Position numbers and translations under genes: made by a program
Part shown: positions 49,390 through 62,563 of the stretch, one piece after another
Numbering within the stretch: the first letter of the stretch is position 1
Layout: every line of letters starts with the position of its first letter
Source of the DNA: Callorhinchus milii
Taxonomy: Eukaryota
DNA length: 64,000 nucleotides
Assembly (NCBI RefSeq): GCF_018977255.1
Contig: NW_024704743.1
Coordinates: 55,678,001-55,742,000, forward strand
Direction: 5' to 3'
Notes under the pieces: generated by a model
The model's database searches: none
The model's input: the letters and a program-made list of their open reading frames with translations, nothing else
What the model was told of the DNA's origin: nothing

Positions 49390-49632
49390 GATCTTGTGGA
49401 TCTGAGCCCCGAGATCCTTTTGCTCTTCTTGGGTTCTTGGGTTCTTACCATCCAGAGAAGAGTCAACTTTTTTATTCTTCCTCCCAAAGCTTCACATTTC
49501 TCTAGATTAAACTTAATCTGCCACCTATCTGCCCACTTTGCAAGCCTATTCATGTCTTCCTGCACCTTTTTTTTTACAATTATCCTCATTATTTACCATA
49601 CTCTCCAGTTTGGTGTCCTCTGTGAATTTAGC
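49390..49632 (-). mobile_element. CR1 RT fragment
   Basis: AKFTEDTKL...QEDMNRLAKWADRWQIKFNLEKC. Confidence 0.85.
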
Positions 49633-49885
49633 CACCATTCCTCTTGTATTTCCTATTATATCTCCAGTCAACATCTGTCCTGATTGCCTAGTGGATAAAA
49701 GCACTCCATGATGCAGCACTATGCCACATACTGAACATCGAGCAGAGTTCTGGAGAGTCAGCCTGAGATATATTTGGTTACCTGCAGGATATGTCCAAAC
49801 CAAATATCATAAATTACCCCATCTGGCTCTGTAACGCGATACTTTTCCATTACAATGGCCAAGTAGGTAAAGGCACTCTCTGATG

Positions 49886-50277
49886 TAATAATAATAATCC
49901 TTACATTTGATACAGCACCTTATCGCATCTTCGAGACGTCTCAAAGCGCTTCACAGAATATACTGTAAAGTGAATTCACTATATTTTGTGGGCGAAAAGC
50001 GGCAGCCAATTGCGACCAGCAGTGTCCCACAAACAGTCATGGATTGAGTGACCAAATTATTTTTTAATTGTTCTTTTTTTTGAAGGGATTATTACCCCTG
50101 GAAAAGCCATCCACCAATTGACTAACAACCGGGTTCCTACTTACTGCTAGGTAAACAGAGTAAGGAAACTTGTGTGGAGCAAGGAAACTTGTCTAAGATT
50201 TCGCCTTGCCCGGGAAACCCAGGTCCTCTCGCTTGCATGCGAGTGCTCTAATCAATATGCTGCGGGACTCCACAAAT
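49886..50277 (-). mobile_element. Young tRNA-derived SINE, long form, full length
   Basis: Head reverse-complements to GAATTTGTGGAGTCCCGCAGC; has the ~60-nt internal segment; tail GAGACGTCTCGAAGATGCGATAAGG. Confidence 0.9.
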
Positions 50278-50283
50278 TCAGAA

Positions 50284-50416
50284 AGTGAGAGAGAGGGAAA
50301 GAGAGACCAAGAGAGAATGAGAAAGAGACCGAGAGAGACTGAGAAAGAGACCGAGAGAGACTGAGAAAGAGACGGAGACTGAGAGACGGTGAGAGACAGA
50401 CTGAGATAGAGAGACT
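50284..50416. repeat. Compound GA-rich microsatellite (GAGAGA/GAGACT/GAGACC)
   Basis: Directly visible. Confidence 0.95.
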
Positions 50417-51204
50417 AAACTAGATTAACTTTATTAATAATAATAATACTTCCATTTGATATAGGATCTATAAGTCATACATTTCAAACCACTTCACAAA
50501 GTTTCTCTGGCAAGTAGTGACTGTGTATTTTGGAGATTAACACAGCAGCCAATTTTGTGCACAGCAATTTCCCACAAATAGCCAGGAAATGAATGACCGA
50601 TTAATCTGTAGGATTGTTGGCCAGGGCCCTCCTTCCTGTTTTTGAATAACCAGTTGAGGTTAGGATCTAAGTTATGATTGAGTGAATCTCTGCTGATCAG
50701 TATAAGTATTGACCTTAGGTCTGCATACTTACGATAGGGTAAAGGTATTATGTGTCGCCAAGATTTGAAGCGGATAACCACAGTAAAGAATTGTAAGTCT
50801 GAATCGCAAGCTCAGCTGTCATTCAATATTGCCTCCCTAATTGCATGAATTGTCCTGTTCTTGGCCCATCATCACCCCAACAAGAAGCCTGCCATTGACC
50901 ACAATGGAGTGGATTAACTGAAGAAAGTCAGTTAAATTAGAAAGTTCCAAAGAAAGGAGTCATATCAAAGATATTGCTGCTTTAAGCAGGGAATGATATG
51001 AATTTTAACTATGTACATTTTAGAATATTGGGGTCTACTTTGTGGTGTACTTAATATTTATAACATTGAAACAGACCGGAGAAATAGGAATAGTGATGTT
51101 GGACTTGCAGATTGTAGCCTTGAACTGTAGATTAGCTGGATATTGATAAAATATAATCTCCAAATGCTACTAACGTATCAGTTACATAGGACAACAGCAC
51201 AACA

Positions 51205-51525
51205 AAATTGCATTTATACACCTTTCATGTCAGGAGAAGGCATTGAACAGTGAAGGGGTTTCACCCAAGCTGAGGGTTGTAACCAAGAAGGGTGGAAAGC
51301 AAGGGAGGTGGGGTGGGAGGATGACCAAAGTCACAGTCAAAGAATAAGGCCTTGAGATGGCCCTTGGAAGGGTGCAAGAGAGGGCGTGAGGTGGAAGGTA
51401 TGGAGCTTCGAAGGGTGGGGACAGAAAGGCTGAAGGCCCAACCACCAAAGGTGGGGCAGGCAGGGTGGGGGACATGGAGTAGGGCATTGTTCGTTGAGTG
51501 GAGAGAGCAGGCAGATTGTAACCTT
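51205..51525 (-). mobile_element. Decayed L2 3' end
   Basis: GAAAGGCTGAAGGCCCAACCACC and tail similarity to other L2 copies. Confidence 0.75.
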
Positions 51526-51827
51526 TTAGCAGGACCACATTGATGCTTACATAAGCACTGAATTATTGTACTTTTTCTGCACCCAGTAAGGGAAAATAGT
51601 ATTTTTACCTGTTTTTTTGTATTTCAGAACTTCTCAAATCATTTCACAAGTGATAACTGACAAGTGACTGTTTTTTGTAGGCAAGTGTAGCAGCTTTGCA
51701 CAGCAGCCATGAGGCAAATAACCAATTTATCTGGAGAGTGTCACAGGGGGAAACAATCTCTCCCGCTTCTTTTCAGTAAGTGTGGTAGGATCGGTATCAT
51801 CATGTTTGCATATGATATAACGCATTA

Positions 51828-52219
51828 TCACATTATCAAGATACCTCATAGTGCTTCACTGGATGAACTGTAAATTCGTTTGACTGTGTAGTTTCAGAGC
51901 AAAACATAGAAGCCAGTTGCACACAGCAATATCCTACAAACAGCTGTGGAGTGAATGACCAATTTTATTTGGAGGATTATTGGCCAGGACACTGGGAGAA
52001 ACACCCTTCTCTTTTCTAATAGTGCCATGGGATCTTTAACATCCATCTGAACAGGCACCCGAGGTGTTCATTTAACGGTTCTATCTGAAGGGCTTAACTT
52101 CCAAAGCATTTTACTGGAGTACCAGCCTGGACAATGAGCTCAAATTGTGATGCAAGTATTGAACTGATAACTCTATTACCCAGAGGCAGGAGTACTACCA
52201 ACTGAGCTAAGCTGACACA
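51828..52219 (-). mobile_element. Old DeuSINE-type SINE, near full length
   Basis: GAGTACTACCAACTGAGCTAAGCTGACAC head and Deu domain on the minus strand. Confidence 0.85.
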
Positions 52220-53515
52220 TTCTAAACCTCACTGTAAATTATGCCAGGGCTCAAAAAATGTTGATTCTTGTAAAAGTGAACAGTGAGAGCTGTATCTGTG
52301 GTTTCAATAAATATAAATATCTTGTCAGTTATACATGCACGATACACTTTTTAATAGTGGCACAAAATATGCATATATGTGACATACTTTGTGACATATT
52401 CAACTAAAATGGCGATCCCCAGCTGCCGACTCATTTGAGAGCAGGAATTGGTCTGCAGTCTCAGCCGAGCTCCATTCGTTGACGTTTTACCTCCACGGCT
52501 GTACACCCAACGTCTTTTTCATTATAGAAAAAAGCAAGATTACGCGGGTCAAATGTTTATGTGAAAACTTAGAAGTGCTGCATGTTTCCTTCAGTAAGTA
52601 AATCAGTCGGCACTCCCATTCCTTGGGAGGTGACGGACAGATGGAGAAGCTATTAAATTACAACACTTGTTTTATCGGTCTGCTGAGACTTTATTGGGGG
52701 GGAAAAAAGTACAAAGACTAAATAAGGAAACTTTATTTCGACAGAACCTTCTTTTCTTCCAGAACCTTATGCAGCTTTCAAGCCACGATGGATGTTGCAG
52801 AAAAGAAGTGGACTCTGTTTTCACTCGGTTGTATTGGCGTTGAGAGAGGTGGAGGGAACATGGTGGCTATTGTGCTTCTATAAATGGGTAAATGGGGTGG
52901 GGTGTTCTTAAATTTATGATTATATTTTTAAAGCTATAACTCACTCATGCTACACTCAGGCGAGGTTGCTTAAGGCTTTTGGTGCAGTGGGTTGTTTTAT
53001 TTTTCTTTGAGTTTAAAATCGGTCACATGGACCACAGTGGTCTTTTGCAGACGTGCATATTCCTATGTTGTAATCCAGGTGCTGCACCACAAAGCAGTGA
53101 GGGAGGAGTTTGTGTTCACAGTCATTGGGCATCTGCAGAAGTTATGTGTTTAATTCACTGCATAACGTTTGGTGGTATTGGGGTGGGGAGGAAATTGCAC
53201 CTGAAAGAGGAGGATAATAATAATCCTTGCATTTGATATAGCAACTCATTACGTTGTTGACATGTCTCAAAGCACTTCATAGAATAAACTGAAGTGTATT
53301 TTATGGCCGAAATAAAGCAGCCAATGCCTTGGGACATCATCCTGAAGAGAAAGGTGCTATATCATTGCAATCTGTTGTTGTTGACCAAGAAATCAGGAGA
53401 GACTCCCTTCTCTTTTTGATTAGTGCCATGGGATCTTTAACGTCCACCTGAACTCGGTTTAATGTCTCATTCGAAAGATGTGAATTATTTGTCTTAGAAT
53501 TTGTGGCTGGGTAGA

Positions 53516-53892
53516 TGTGGAGTCCTGCAGTTTAGTGGTTAGAGCACTCCCCTTGCAAAGTGAGAGGACCTGGATTCAATACCCGGGCAGGGCAAAACCT
53601 TGGGCAAGTTTCCTTACTCCACATACCTGTTTACCTAGCAGTAAATAGGAACCCGGGTGTTAGTCAATTGGTGGAGTGCTTTTCTGGGGTTAATAACACC
53701 TTCAAAAAAAAAAAAAAAAAAAAAAAATTTGGTCACTCAATCCACGACTGTTTGTGGGACACTGCTGTGCGCAATTGGCTGCCGCGTTTTGCCCATAAAC
53801 TATACAGTCAATTCACTTTACAGCATATTTTGTGAAGCGCATTTTGACGTCTCAAAGTTGTTATAAGGCACTATATCAAATGCAAGGATTAT
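53516..53892 (+). mobile_element. Young tRNA-derived SINE, long form, with an expanded internal A-run
   Basis: TGTGGAGTCCTGCAG head; GTTTACCTAGCAGTAAATAGGAACCCGG segment; poly-A at 53704-53727. Confidence 0.9.
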
Positions 53893-53899
53893 GGATTGT

Positions 53900-54350
53900 G
53901 GATATGTTCCTTAGAGCAGAGGAGGTTAAGAGGTGATTTAATTGACGTATTTAAAATAATGAAAGGAGTTGACAGATTGTGCAGTGGCTGACTCTTTCGT
54001 CCTGTAGAGGGATTCATTACAAAAGGGGGCAGAGCCTTAAAATCAGAACCCAGAGTTTAGGTCAAGAAGCATTTTTTTAGAACTATAGAAATTTACAGCA
54101 CAGAAGAAGCCCGTTCGGCCCATCATGTTTGTGTTGGCCTTTTTACAAGCAACCTTTTCAGTCAAATTTACCTCCTCTTTCTCCATACTTCACACAAAGG
54201 TCTATGGAATGCTGGGCCCCAGAGAGCTAAGAATGAAAATCTGCAGGGATGTTTTAAAGAGAGAGATAGGCAAGTACTTGGATACTTGGAAAGTAGAGGT
54301 ATTTAGGGAGCATTGTGATTAAAGATTCTGCCGAACTTTAATAAACTGGT
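53900..54350 (+). mobile_element. Decayed CR1 3' fragment
   Basis: SLEQRRLRGDLIDVFKIMKGVD translation. Confidence 0.8.
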
Positions 54351-54354
54351 GGAA

Positions 54355-55020
54355 CAACAACAACAATAAAGTTACATTTATAGAGCTCCTTTCACGTCAG
54401 GAGGATATCCCATGGCCTGGACAGTCGGGTCGACCCGAGCATGGGAGAGGGGTGGAGTAGGGGGTGAGGGAAGGCAGAGAGGTGGGAGGGTGACTGAAGA
54501 CACGATCGAAGTGGAGGATCTTGAGACCGGCCTTGAAAGAGGCAAGGGAGGAAGCGAGGCAAAGGGACTGTGGGATGGAGTTCCAGAGTGTGGAGGCAGA
54601 GAGGCTGAAAGCCCGGCCACCAATGGTAGGGCGGGTTGGGCGAGAGACAGGGAGCAGGCCGGAGCCCACTGAACGGAGGGAGCGGGCAGGTTGGTAGGGA
54701 GTCAGCAGGTCAGAGAGATAGGAGGGGGCAAGGCCATGGATGGCCTTGAAAGTGAGGACGAGGATCTTGAATTTGATCCTCTGGGGGATGGGGAGCCAGT
54801 GGAGTCGGGCGAGGGTGGGAGTGATGGGATCACGGAGCCTGGTGCGCGAGAGTACACGAGCTGCAGAGTTTTGGATGATCTGCAGTTTGTGAAGGGAAGA
54901 GTTAGGGAAGGCCGATGAGGAGGGAGTTTCCATAATCGAGCCTTGATATGATGAATACGTGGGTGAGGGTTTCGGCAGCCTGAGGGGTGAGGGCAGTGGC
55001 GGAGTCTGGTGATGTTGGAA
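54355..55020 (-). mobile_element. L2 LINE 3' fragment with tail
   Basis: LHKLQIIQNSAARVLSRTRLRDPITPTLARLHWLPIPQRIKFKILVLTFKAIHGLAPSYLSDLL...LWNSIP. Confidence 0.95.
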
Positions 55021-56169
55021 CAGACTGAATAGGCTGAATGCCATCCTCCTGTTCCTGTTTTTGATGTTCTTAATATAGCACAGAAAGAAGCTATTTGGTC
55101 TAATGAGCCAACATTAGGTCTACCTCTCCCCACCCCCCCCTTCTGGAGCTATCTAATCAAATTGAATTTTTCTGATGGAAGAAAAACAATATACATTGGA
55201 AACAGTGTATTAGAAACAATGGATGAAAATTGCAGTGTCATTGTCAGACACCCAGCTAACAAAAAAATCACTAATTTGAAGCTGAACCAGAAGATCACTA
55301 AAACCTGATGACGAAAGGTTAACCCCCTGAATTTAATATGCTGATGGGCCCGAAGTTTTTGATAGCCACCATTGGAGTTATTGCTCAGGGTGTTTGAAGG
55401 TCCTTCAAAGAATATGGCTGAGTTAAGCTGCTGTCAAGACACTGTGCAGGAGTGTCTAAAATCAAATCTCACTGGAGACCAAGATTCCTTGAGCAATGTG
55501 ATTTGGGGTTTTGGTTGCATATTGATTTAGAATCATGTATTATCAATTAAATTTGGCCTCAGTCCAAATGTTTAAGGTCCTTTTTGTAATGTTATGCAGT
55601 TTACTGTAGCTATGTTGCAATGGATGCAATATGCTTTATGGAATGTACTTTTAAAGTATTTTGATGGTTTTGAAATTCTTGAAAGGAATTCCTGGTAGTT
55701 GTTATCTACCTAGTGAGGTTTCAAGCCCACCCTTAGGAAAAATAATTAACATTCTCTCATTCAGGTATTCAATCATTTTGCTCTCAGCATCAATCCTGGC
55801 AGAAGAATAGTAACTACTGTAAACAGATATTAAACTTTGGATCTGTCTTTTGATTCTCTTGACATAAGAAAATGAATTGATCCTTACTCTACTGAGAATA
55901 GGACATGATGGTGTATGGAATGTTTTATGAATCCAAACCTGGCAATTCTCATATTAGTTTTAAGTCATATAATCCCAGCTCAGGATGAATAAATGAATCT
56001 CAGCATCAACCAAAGGTATGGAACATGTTTCCAATCTTATGTTAAATGTATCCATTTTGGCTTACTTAGTAAAGAAAATTTAATCCAAGTATTGGATTTG
56101 CAGTAAACTGTACTGGATAAATGAACAGATTTTTTTTAGTTAAATAAACAGGATTTGTAGTTAAAGTAG

Positions 56170-56633
56170 TGTCAGCTTGGCTCAATGAGTAGCAGTCTCA
56201 ACTTTGGTTCAGAAAATTATGGATTCACAGACAAGTGAACTGGTGCAGTACTCTATTGCACTACTGGGAGAGGGCTACATTATCAGAAGGGCCATCTTTC
56301 AGATAATATATTACTGTTTGGGTTTGGACCTGGAGATTTCAGTACTGCCATCCTCCTGATGAGATGTTAAACCGGGATCTAATCTGCTTGTTCAGGTGGA
56401 CCTTAAAGATCCCATGGTACAATTGAAAAGAGAAAGGAATTTCTCCCAGTGTCCTAGCCAATAATTCCCTCAAATAAAATTGGTCACTTTGGGGACATTG
56501 CTGTGTGCAAAACTGGCCGTCGCGATTTGCTCACAAAATACACAGTCAATCCACTTTACAGTATATCCTGTGAAGCGCTTTGAGACCTCTTGACAACTTG
56601 ATAAGGCGCTATAGCAAATGCAAGTATTATTAT
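56170..56633 (+). mobile_element. Old DeuSINE-type SINE, near full length
   Basis: GTGTCAGCTTGGCTCA head, Deu domain, GCAAATGCAAGTATTATTATT tail. Confidence 0.85.
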
Positions 56634-57699
56634 TGACTGGAAATGATGATGTTTCTGAAACAGATTTATTTTAGGATAAGTATCAGATTACATCTCTTGG
56701 GAAGCATTACAGTTTTCCACCTCCAAATCATTTACTATGGAACAATTTGTGTGTGCCCTACAAGCTATCCTGCGTAACCAATTGCTTCATAATATATAAT
56801 ATAGGTGCCTTTACAACCATCGAATATATCCAAAGTTGAGTTTTCTTTGCTGCCAAGCTTGCCACATGCTTTTACAATGTGTTAAAGAGCAACATATTGA
56901 CTTGCAGCTCAACCTCCTTGCCTGACCTTACTTTTGGTACCGATCCACCAAGACTCACTAAGTGCAAAAATGGCAAACCTTTTGTAAAATGGCAGTTTTG
57001 GAGATTACAGCATAGGTCTCGACAGGGATGAGCAAATTATTGGATGTAATTTCTGTGCTTCTGGTGGATATGGCCAGTGAGGAGGCAACAGTCAGTTCTA
57101 GAATTGTTGTGTGGATGAATATTTTGAAATGTTTTATTCCCTTTGTAGATGAGGAAATATCTACTTCAGGAGGGGATGGCAGGGGTGAAGTGGATCATAT
57201 GGTAGTGATCTGAGGAAGGAGATGATTTGTTATCCATAATGCCTTTTCTTGTTCCATGCTTTCTTCAGTTCTGATGTACAATATACAATGCTTTACTTAC
57301 ATTTAGACACTGGGGTCTAATATATAGTTTATCTTAAAATATTTCTTAAGAAATGTGTACAGTTGATTTTTCTAAAACATTGAATGTCCTGAATAATCTA
57401 TGTTTTAATTTTTAAGAAATGTATTTTTTTCTGCTATTTTTGGAAGATTCCCTCAAGTGAAGTGGTCTCACACAAGGAGAGTCCCCAAATGAGATGGTCT
57501 TCAAGTGATCTGACAAGCTACCTGTGTGAAGAGAGTTATATAATGCAAGTTGTTGTTGTGGTTGTCTCTTCCTGGGCTTCTGCAATGTGCCTCAATAGGG
57601 TCCACAGATGTATGTGACACCAGCAGAAACTTTATCAGAATCCTCATCGATGTTTTCCCACATAGAATAGTGAATGCATTTCCATAAGCTGCTACTGAA

Positions 57700-58075
57700 G
57701 CAACAACAACAGCAAATTACATTTGTATAACGCTTTACACGTCGGGAGGACGTCCCAAGTTGCTGGACAGTCAGGAACTTGGACCCAAGCAGGCGGTAGG
57801 GATCAGTGGTGGTGAAGGGCAGGTAGAGGAAGAGGGCGACCAAAGGTGTGGTCGAAGAGGAGGTCTTGAGACGTGCCTTGAAGGAGGCAAGGGAGGGAGC
57901 GAGTTGAAGAAAATATGGTATGAAGTTCCGAAGGGTGGAGGCAGAGAGGCTGAAAGCTCGACTGCTGATGGTGGGCCGGGCCGGTCGGGGGACTTGGAGC
58001 AGGCTGCTCCAAGTCTGCTGAGTGGATGGAGGGGCCAGGTTGATATGAGGTTAGCAAGTCACAGAGGTAGGAAGA
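57700..58075 (-). mobile_element. L2 LINE 3' end with well-preserved tail
   Basis: Minus strand reads TTGGGACGTCCTCCCGACGTGTAAAGCGTTATACAAATGTAATTTGC(TGT)n. Confidence 0.9.
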
Positions 58076-59879
58076 TTTTTTGTAATTTACATGATCTTAC
58101 TGAGCTGTGGTATAGCCCAATCCAATACAGCCAGACAAGAGGTTTCAATGTTCTTGTTAACCTACAAATCCAGAGTCTGAACACAAAACTCTAATGTGTG
58201 GTCCTTTCTCTAATGTACACATTGACTACTTTATAGTCAAACCTTTTCTATTTTCAGAGTTTCTGGAAGACAATAACTGACCAACAGGCTCCTATAATAA
58301 CATCTAGTTAGATTTGAATTGCTGTGTTTTCTTTTAACTGTGTTGTTCAGAGGTACAAGTGGATCAAGAGGCTTTTTAAAAAGCAAAGACACCCCTTACA
58401 GTTGCGACTTTTCCTTGTACATATTGGTGATGGACTCATTGAATGTTAAACAATGGTTTATCAGGCCCTGTGCTGGGTTTGGATTCTCCACACTTGTGTT
58501 TGCATCATGCCTTGTGTGCAGAAATCTGCTCAGTTTGGAGGTGAGGCTTATAGAAGGATTCACTGCTTGGAGGCTCTGAGTTGCTTGAATATCATTTCAT
58601 TTGCAGTTGAGTTTGAAGTTGTGAACTGTTTGACTCAGCTCAGCAACACCCTCCAAATACGAGAACACGGCTGGCTAAAAACAACTTCCTGAGCTAAAAT
58701 AACTGGTGACAGGCAAGTTTCCATTAGGGGCTGCTACTAAGGGAAATCTCACAAGTATGATATTCCTGAACTTTCTTTTTAAAAAATTCTTAATTTAGAT
58801 TTTTCAAAATGTTTTTCTTTATTGTAAAACTATGATTTTTGAAGGGAGCAGTACTCCTGCTACTGTACCATGGCTGCCACTTCCAACATGGGTGGGCTGG
58901 TTGGTCTGGAGCACCTGTGGTAGGAGTGGGTTTAATAAGCTCCCCAGAGGACAGTGTTAGGCCAGCTAGCACCTATTTAACACAAGCTAATATGGAGGGA
59001 GGTGGGACCATCTGGGCTTGAGCTACACCTCAGCAGCCTCTGCCAATTCCCTCACCGATTCTGCCCACTTCCTCTCCAAGCAACAGGAAGCAGCCATTTG
59101 GCGCTTCACGCCTGTGCCACCATTTTATCTTTAAATGCCATTCCCTGATTTTTCTATATTACCCATCAAACCTTACTTCCAAAATACCTATTGCATCTAT
59201 TTGGGAGTCAAGAATAGAGGGGTATGGAGGGAGGATAACGATTAGAATTGGCAGAGGCTCATGTGAAGTATAAGCAATTTCACGGTCCATAGTTGTGGCT
59301 GAATAGTCTATTTCAGTCTGTACGTCTTTCTGTGTAACATGTTACATAAAACATGTAATTCTACATAACGTTTTTCTTAAAACCTTCAGTGGATTCTTTA
59401 TCCGTATCTTTTGGTGGCAGTGCTTTTTCACATTCTCATAATTTGCTTCTGAGATGCTGATGCTTTCTGGGGTGAGTTTTGTGGCTTCTGTCCAACTGTG
59501 CGATTAAACCAATGAACACCGATGGCTAGTTAACTCCTGACGGTATCGTATTACTGCTACCCTGGAAAGCATGCAACGATAACAGTTTGAATTCATATAG
59601 TGCCCTTCACGCAGGATAGTGTTTCAGCTTGCTATACAGAGGCAGGGATGGATGCCAAGGAATGGAGAAGGGGGATGGAGAGGTGACTCTTGGCACGGTT
59701 GAAGAGGTAGATCTCAAGGTGGGATTTAAAGATAGATAAAGAGGGGATGAGGTGGAAGGATTGAGACAGGGTGTTCCAGAGGTTCAGAGCGTAGTGGTGC
59801 ACACACTTTCCAGTAGGGGAACAATCACGAGAAAGAACTCTGAAGTGGAAGTTAAGATGCTGGTAAGCATTGGAATTTT

Positions 59880-60140
59880 TGAGCTGCCATCTTCAGATGA
59901 GACATTAAACCGATGTCCCATCTGTTTGTTTAGGTGGATGATAAAAGATCCTTTGCTATTATTCTGAAAAATAAGTAAATCTTTTCTGGTGTCCTGGCTA
60001 ACATTCCCCCAAATAAATTCACTTTATTGCTGTTTGTGAGACATTGATGTGCACAAATTAGCTGCCGTACAAAATTCACAATCACTTACTCTTACAGCAG
60101 TTACCTGTGAATTGTTTTATCAAGTGTAAGGATTATTATT
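59880..60140 (+). mobile_element. Old DeuSINE-type SINE, 3' part
   Basis: GATGAGACATTAAACCGATGTCCCATCTG...GTAAGGATTATTATT. Confidence 0.8.
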
Positions 60141-60194
60141 TATATGAAACTTCCACTTCCCCTCCTTCAAAAGGAAGAGCCATAGAACTTGTAT

Positions 60195-60619
60195 AATAAT
60201 AATAAACTTTCCATTTGATAAAGCGCCTTTCACTTGGAGAGGAGATCTGAAAATACTTCACAGGATATACTGTAAAGTTTTTGGGCGATGAGTGTTTTCT
60301 GGGCGAATGCAGCAGCCAATTTGTGTACAGCAAAAGCAATGAAACGAATGACCAGTTTTATTTTGGAGGATTGTTGGTTAGGACACCTGGAAAAAGTCCC
60401 TTCTCTTTTCAAATAATGCTTTAACGTCCACCTGAACAGGCAGGCAGGGCCTTGATTTAACACTTCTTTCGAATGACAGCGCCTCGGATAATGCAGTGGA
60501 CCCAGTGCTCCATTGAAGTGTCAGCTGAGATCATATGAATTCAAAATCCTGACATGGGTCTTGAGCCCACACCTCTGACTTGTAGGTGAGAGGTGCTAAC
60601 AACTGAGAGAGCTTGATAC
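60195..60619 (-). mobile_element. Old DeuSINE-type SINE, near full length, tail-to-tail with the previous copy
   Basis: TTAACGTCCACCTGAACAGGCAG...GTGCTAACAACTGAG. Confidence 0.85.
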
Positions 60620-61087
60620 ACAATGCACCCAGTTCCCATTACATTATATTTATACAGGAAAACCTAAGTTGTATATCTGCCCAAGTCCCATTCAAGAGTC
60701 TATATTCTGTGCAAGTTTGACATAACTCATACTTTGGATAAGTCCAATTAAATATATGATCCCAATTGATGTGACTTATGTGAGGTTTACTGTATAACTC
60801 AAGGTAGTGGAGAAGTATCTGAAAAGAACCGCAACACAACCTTATCGCCGAGGTACACTGTTGCTGAAAAACAAGAAGCCAATTTTACAAAATAACCTGT
60901 TTGTCAAAAATTGAACACCATAGTAAAAGGGAAAAATAATCCAGGATGAATTGAATCAATGAAAGAGACTTGATTTTGACTTTGAAGATGACAGCTTTTA
61001 CAGACAGTTATCCATTTAAATAGCAAACTACTACAAATTGTTATTAAAATCACCATCTTTTGGATATAGTCCCCTTTATTTCTTTTA

Positions 61088-61500
61088 GTAAGCATTGAGA
61101 ATGAGGTATGATCGGAGCCAGGAGACTTGGCAGAGCTGGAGGAAAGTGGTCCTGGTCAGGGACTTGATGTAGAACTGAATGTCTAGATTATGTACAGTTT
61201 TGGTGAGTCTGAGTGATAGGGAAGTTGGAGGCACAGCTGAGAAGACGCTGCCTGAAGCCCAGGAGGATGGCTTCTGTCTTATCCATGTAAATAACAGCAA
61301 CTTGCATTCTTTATAATGGCAGGACAGACGCTGCCAAGAGGGGAAGAAGGAGCTAACCAGAGGCATGGACAAAATGGTAGATGTTTGAGGCAGGAGGGAG
61401 GGAATTCTACAGGTTAGGGTGTAGAATTGGAAAGCTAGACCTCCGCTAGTGGTGCAAGTTGGGTGGGGGTCGTGCAGCATTGATGTTGGAGGGGGAGCAT
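61088..61500 (-). mobile_element. Decayed, rearranged L2 fragments
   Basis: SLRLTKTVHNLDIQF..IKSLTRTTFLQL resembles the region near 27600-27730. Confidence 0.6.
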
Positions 61501-62547
61501 GGGGGACGAGATCGGGAAGTGTCTCAACTGGGAATTAGTGGGTGAGGCCTGAAAAAAGAACAAGGAGAGAAAAATCTTTCAAACAGGAAGTTAACATAAA
61601 TGCAGCAAAGGGATGTTAACGTTAATCATAATTTTCTGTAATCATTTGCAATTTAAATATGGGCAATGGCATGCTCTGTGCCAAACAAAGGAATATCTCC
61701 TTGCACATGTGGGACTCAGTATGGTTCGCATACTCTAAACTTTAAGCATGATAGTGACTCACATATGTCCGTAGAAAACACCTACCCACTTAACCCAAAA
61801 AAATTCAAGAAAACAAATGGCTAGAAGTAATGAGCTAAAATATGCAGTATTTCAAAATCATTGTGATAATTAAATCATCTTTTATAGCAAACCAATTAAG
61901 ATAGTTATCACCCAGGGATAATTACAACATCAAATTGGTTATGAAAAGCTGCATATTTTTATGCATACCCCAATATTATTTGACACATTATTTGACACAT
62001 TGGCCTACTTCCTTATAGATATTGTAATAGTTTTACTTGCTATTACAATGAAAAAGATTGATTCCGCAGTAGCTAATGTTAAACAATTAAAAGATTAAAA
62101 ATGTTCTGCAAAAGTAAAACTGGATGTTTTAGCAAATCTCAGCAGCATTGTTTTGAAAGTATATGAGACTGTCTAAAGTATTGTTCATTTGTGTGACACT
62201 TTTAGAAATAGAAAGTAAATCTTTTCTCGGGTTAAGATTGGAATGACCTGGTTTAAAACGACCACAAAAGAGAGGTGTAGTTTGAGCTTTAAAAAATACA
62301 ATCAGCGGCAATTCGCTGAATGTCTTTTCTAACACTGAAAAATACATGATGCCTTGTTAATATTCTTCACCTTTTCACAGGACACAGAGAAGACTCGAGA
62401 AGTTGTGAAACGAGGAGCTTCAATTATTGAGTCATTAATAAAAGAGAGGAATCCTGCTCTAACTGGACAACTCTTTGTTGCATAACAGCAACAAACTCGG
62501 ACTCCAATAAGAGAGGTTGGATGGTGTTAACATTGACTGAAGGGACA

Positions 62548-62563
62548 CACTGCCCTCTGCTGA
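62548..62563 (-). promoter_or_regulatory. Candidate CTCF binding motif
   Basis: Minus strand TCAGCAGAGGGCAGTG fits the core CCASYAGRKGGCRS with one substitution, in non-repeat DNA. Confidence 0.4.

Noticed and set aside
60639..60865. Minus-strand exon candidate after CTTCTTGTTTTTCAG
   Set aside because: The peptides are unrecognisable, and such acceptor-like sites are common by chance in AT-rich DNA.
10975..61500. Minus-strand bias of L2 copies as evidence for host-gene orientation
   Set aside because: CR1 copies show the opposite bias and the counts are too small to be informative.
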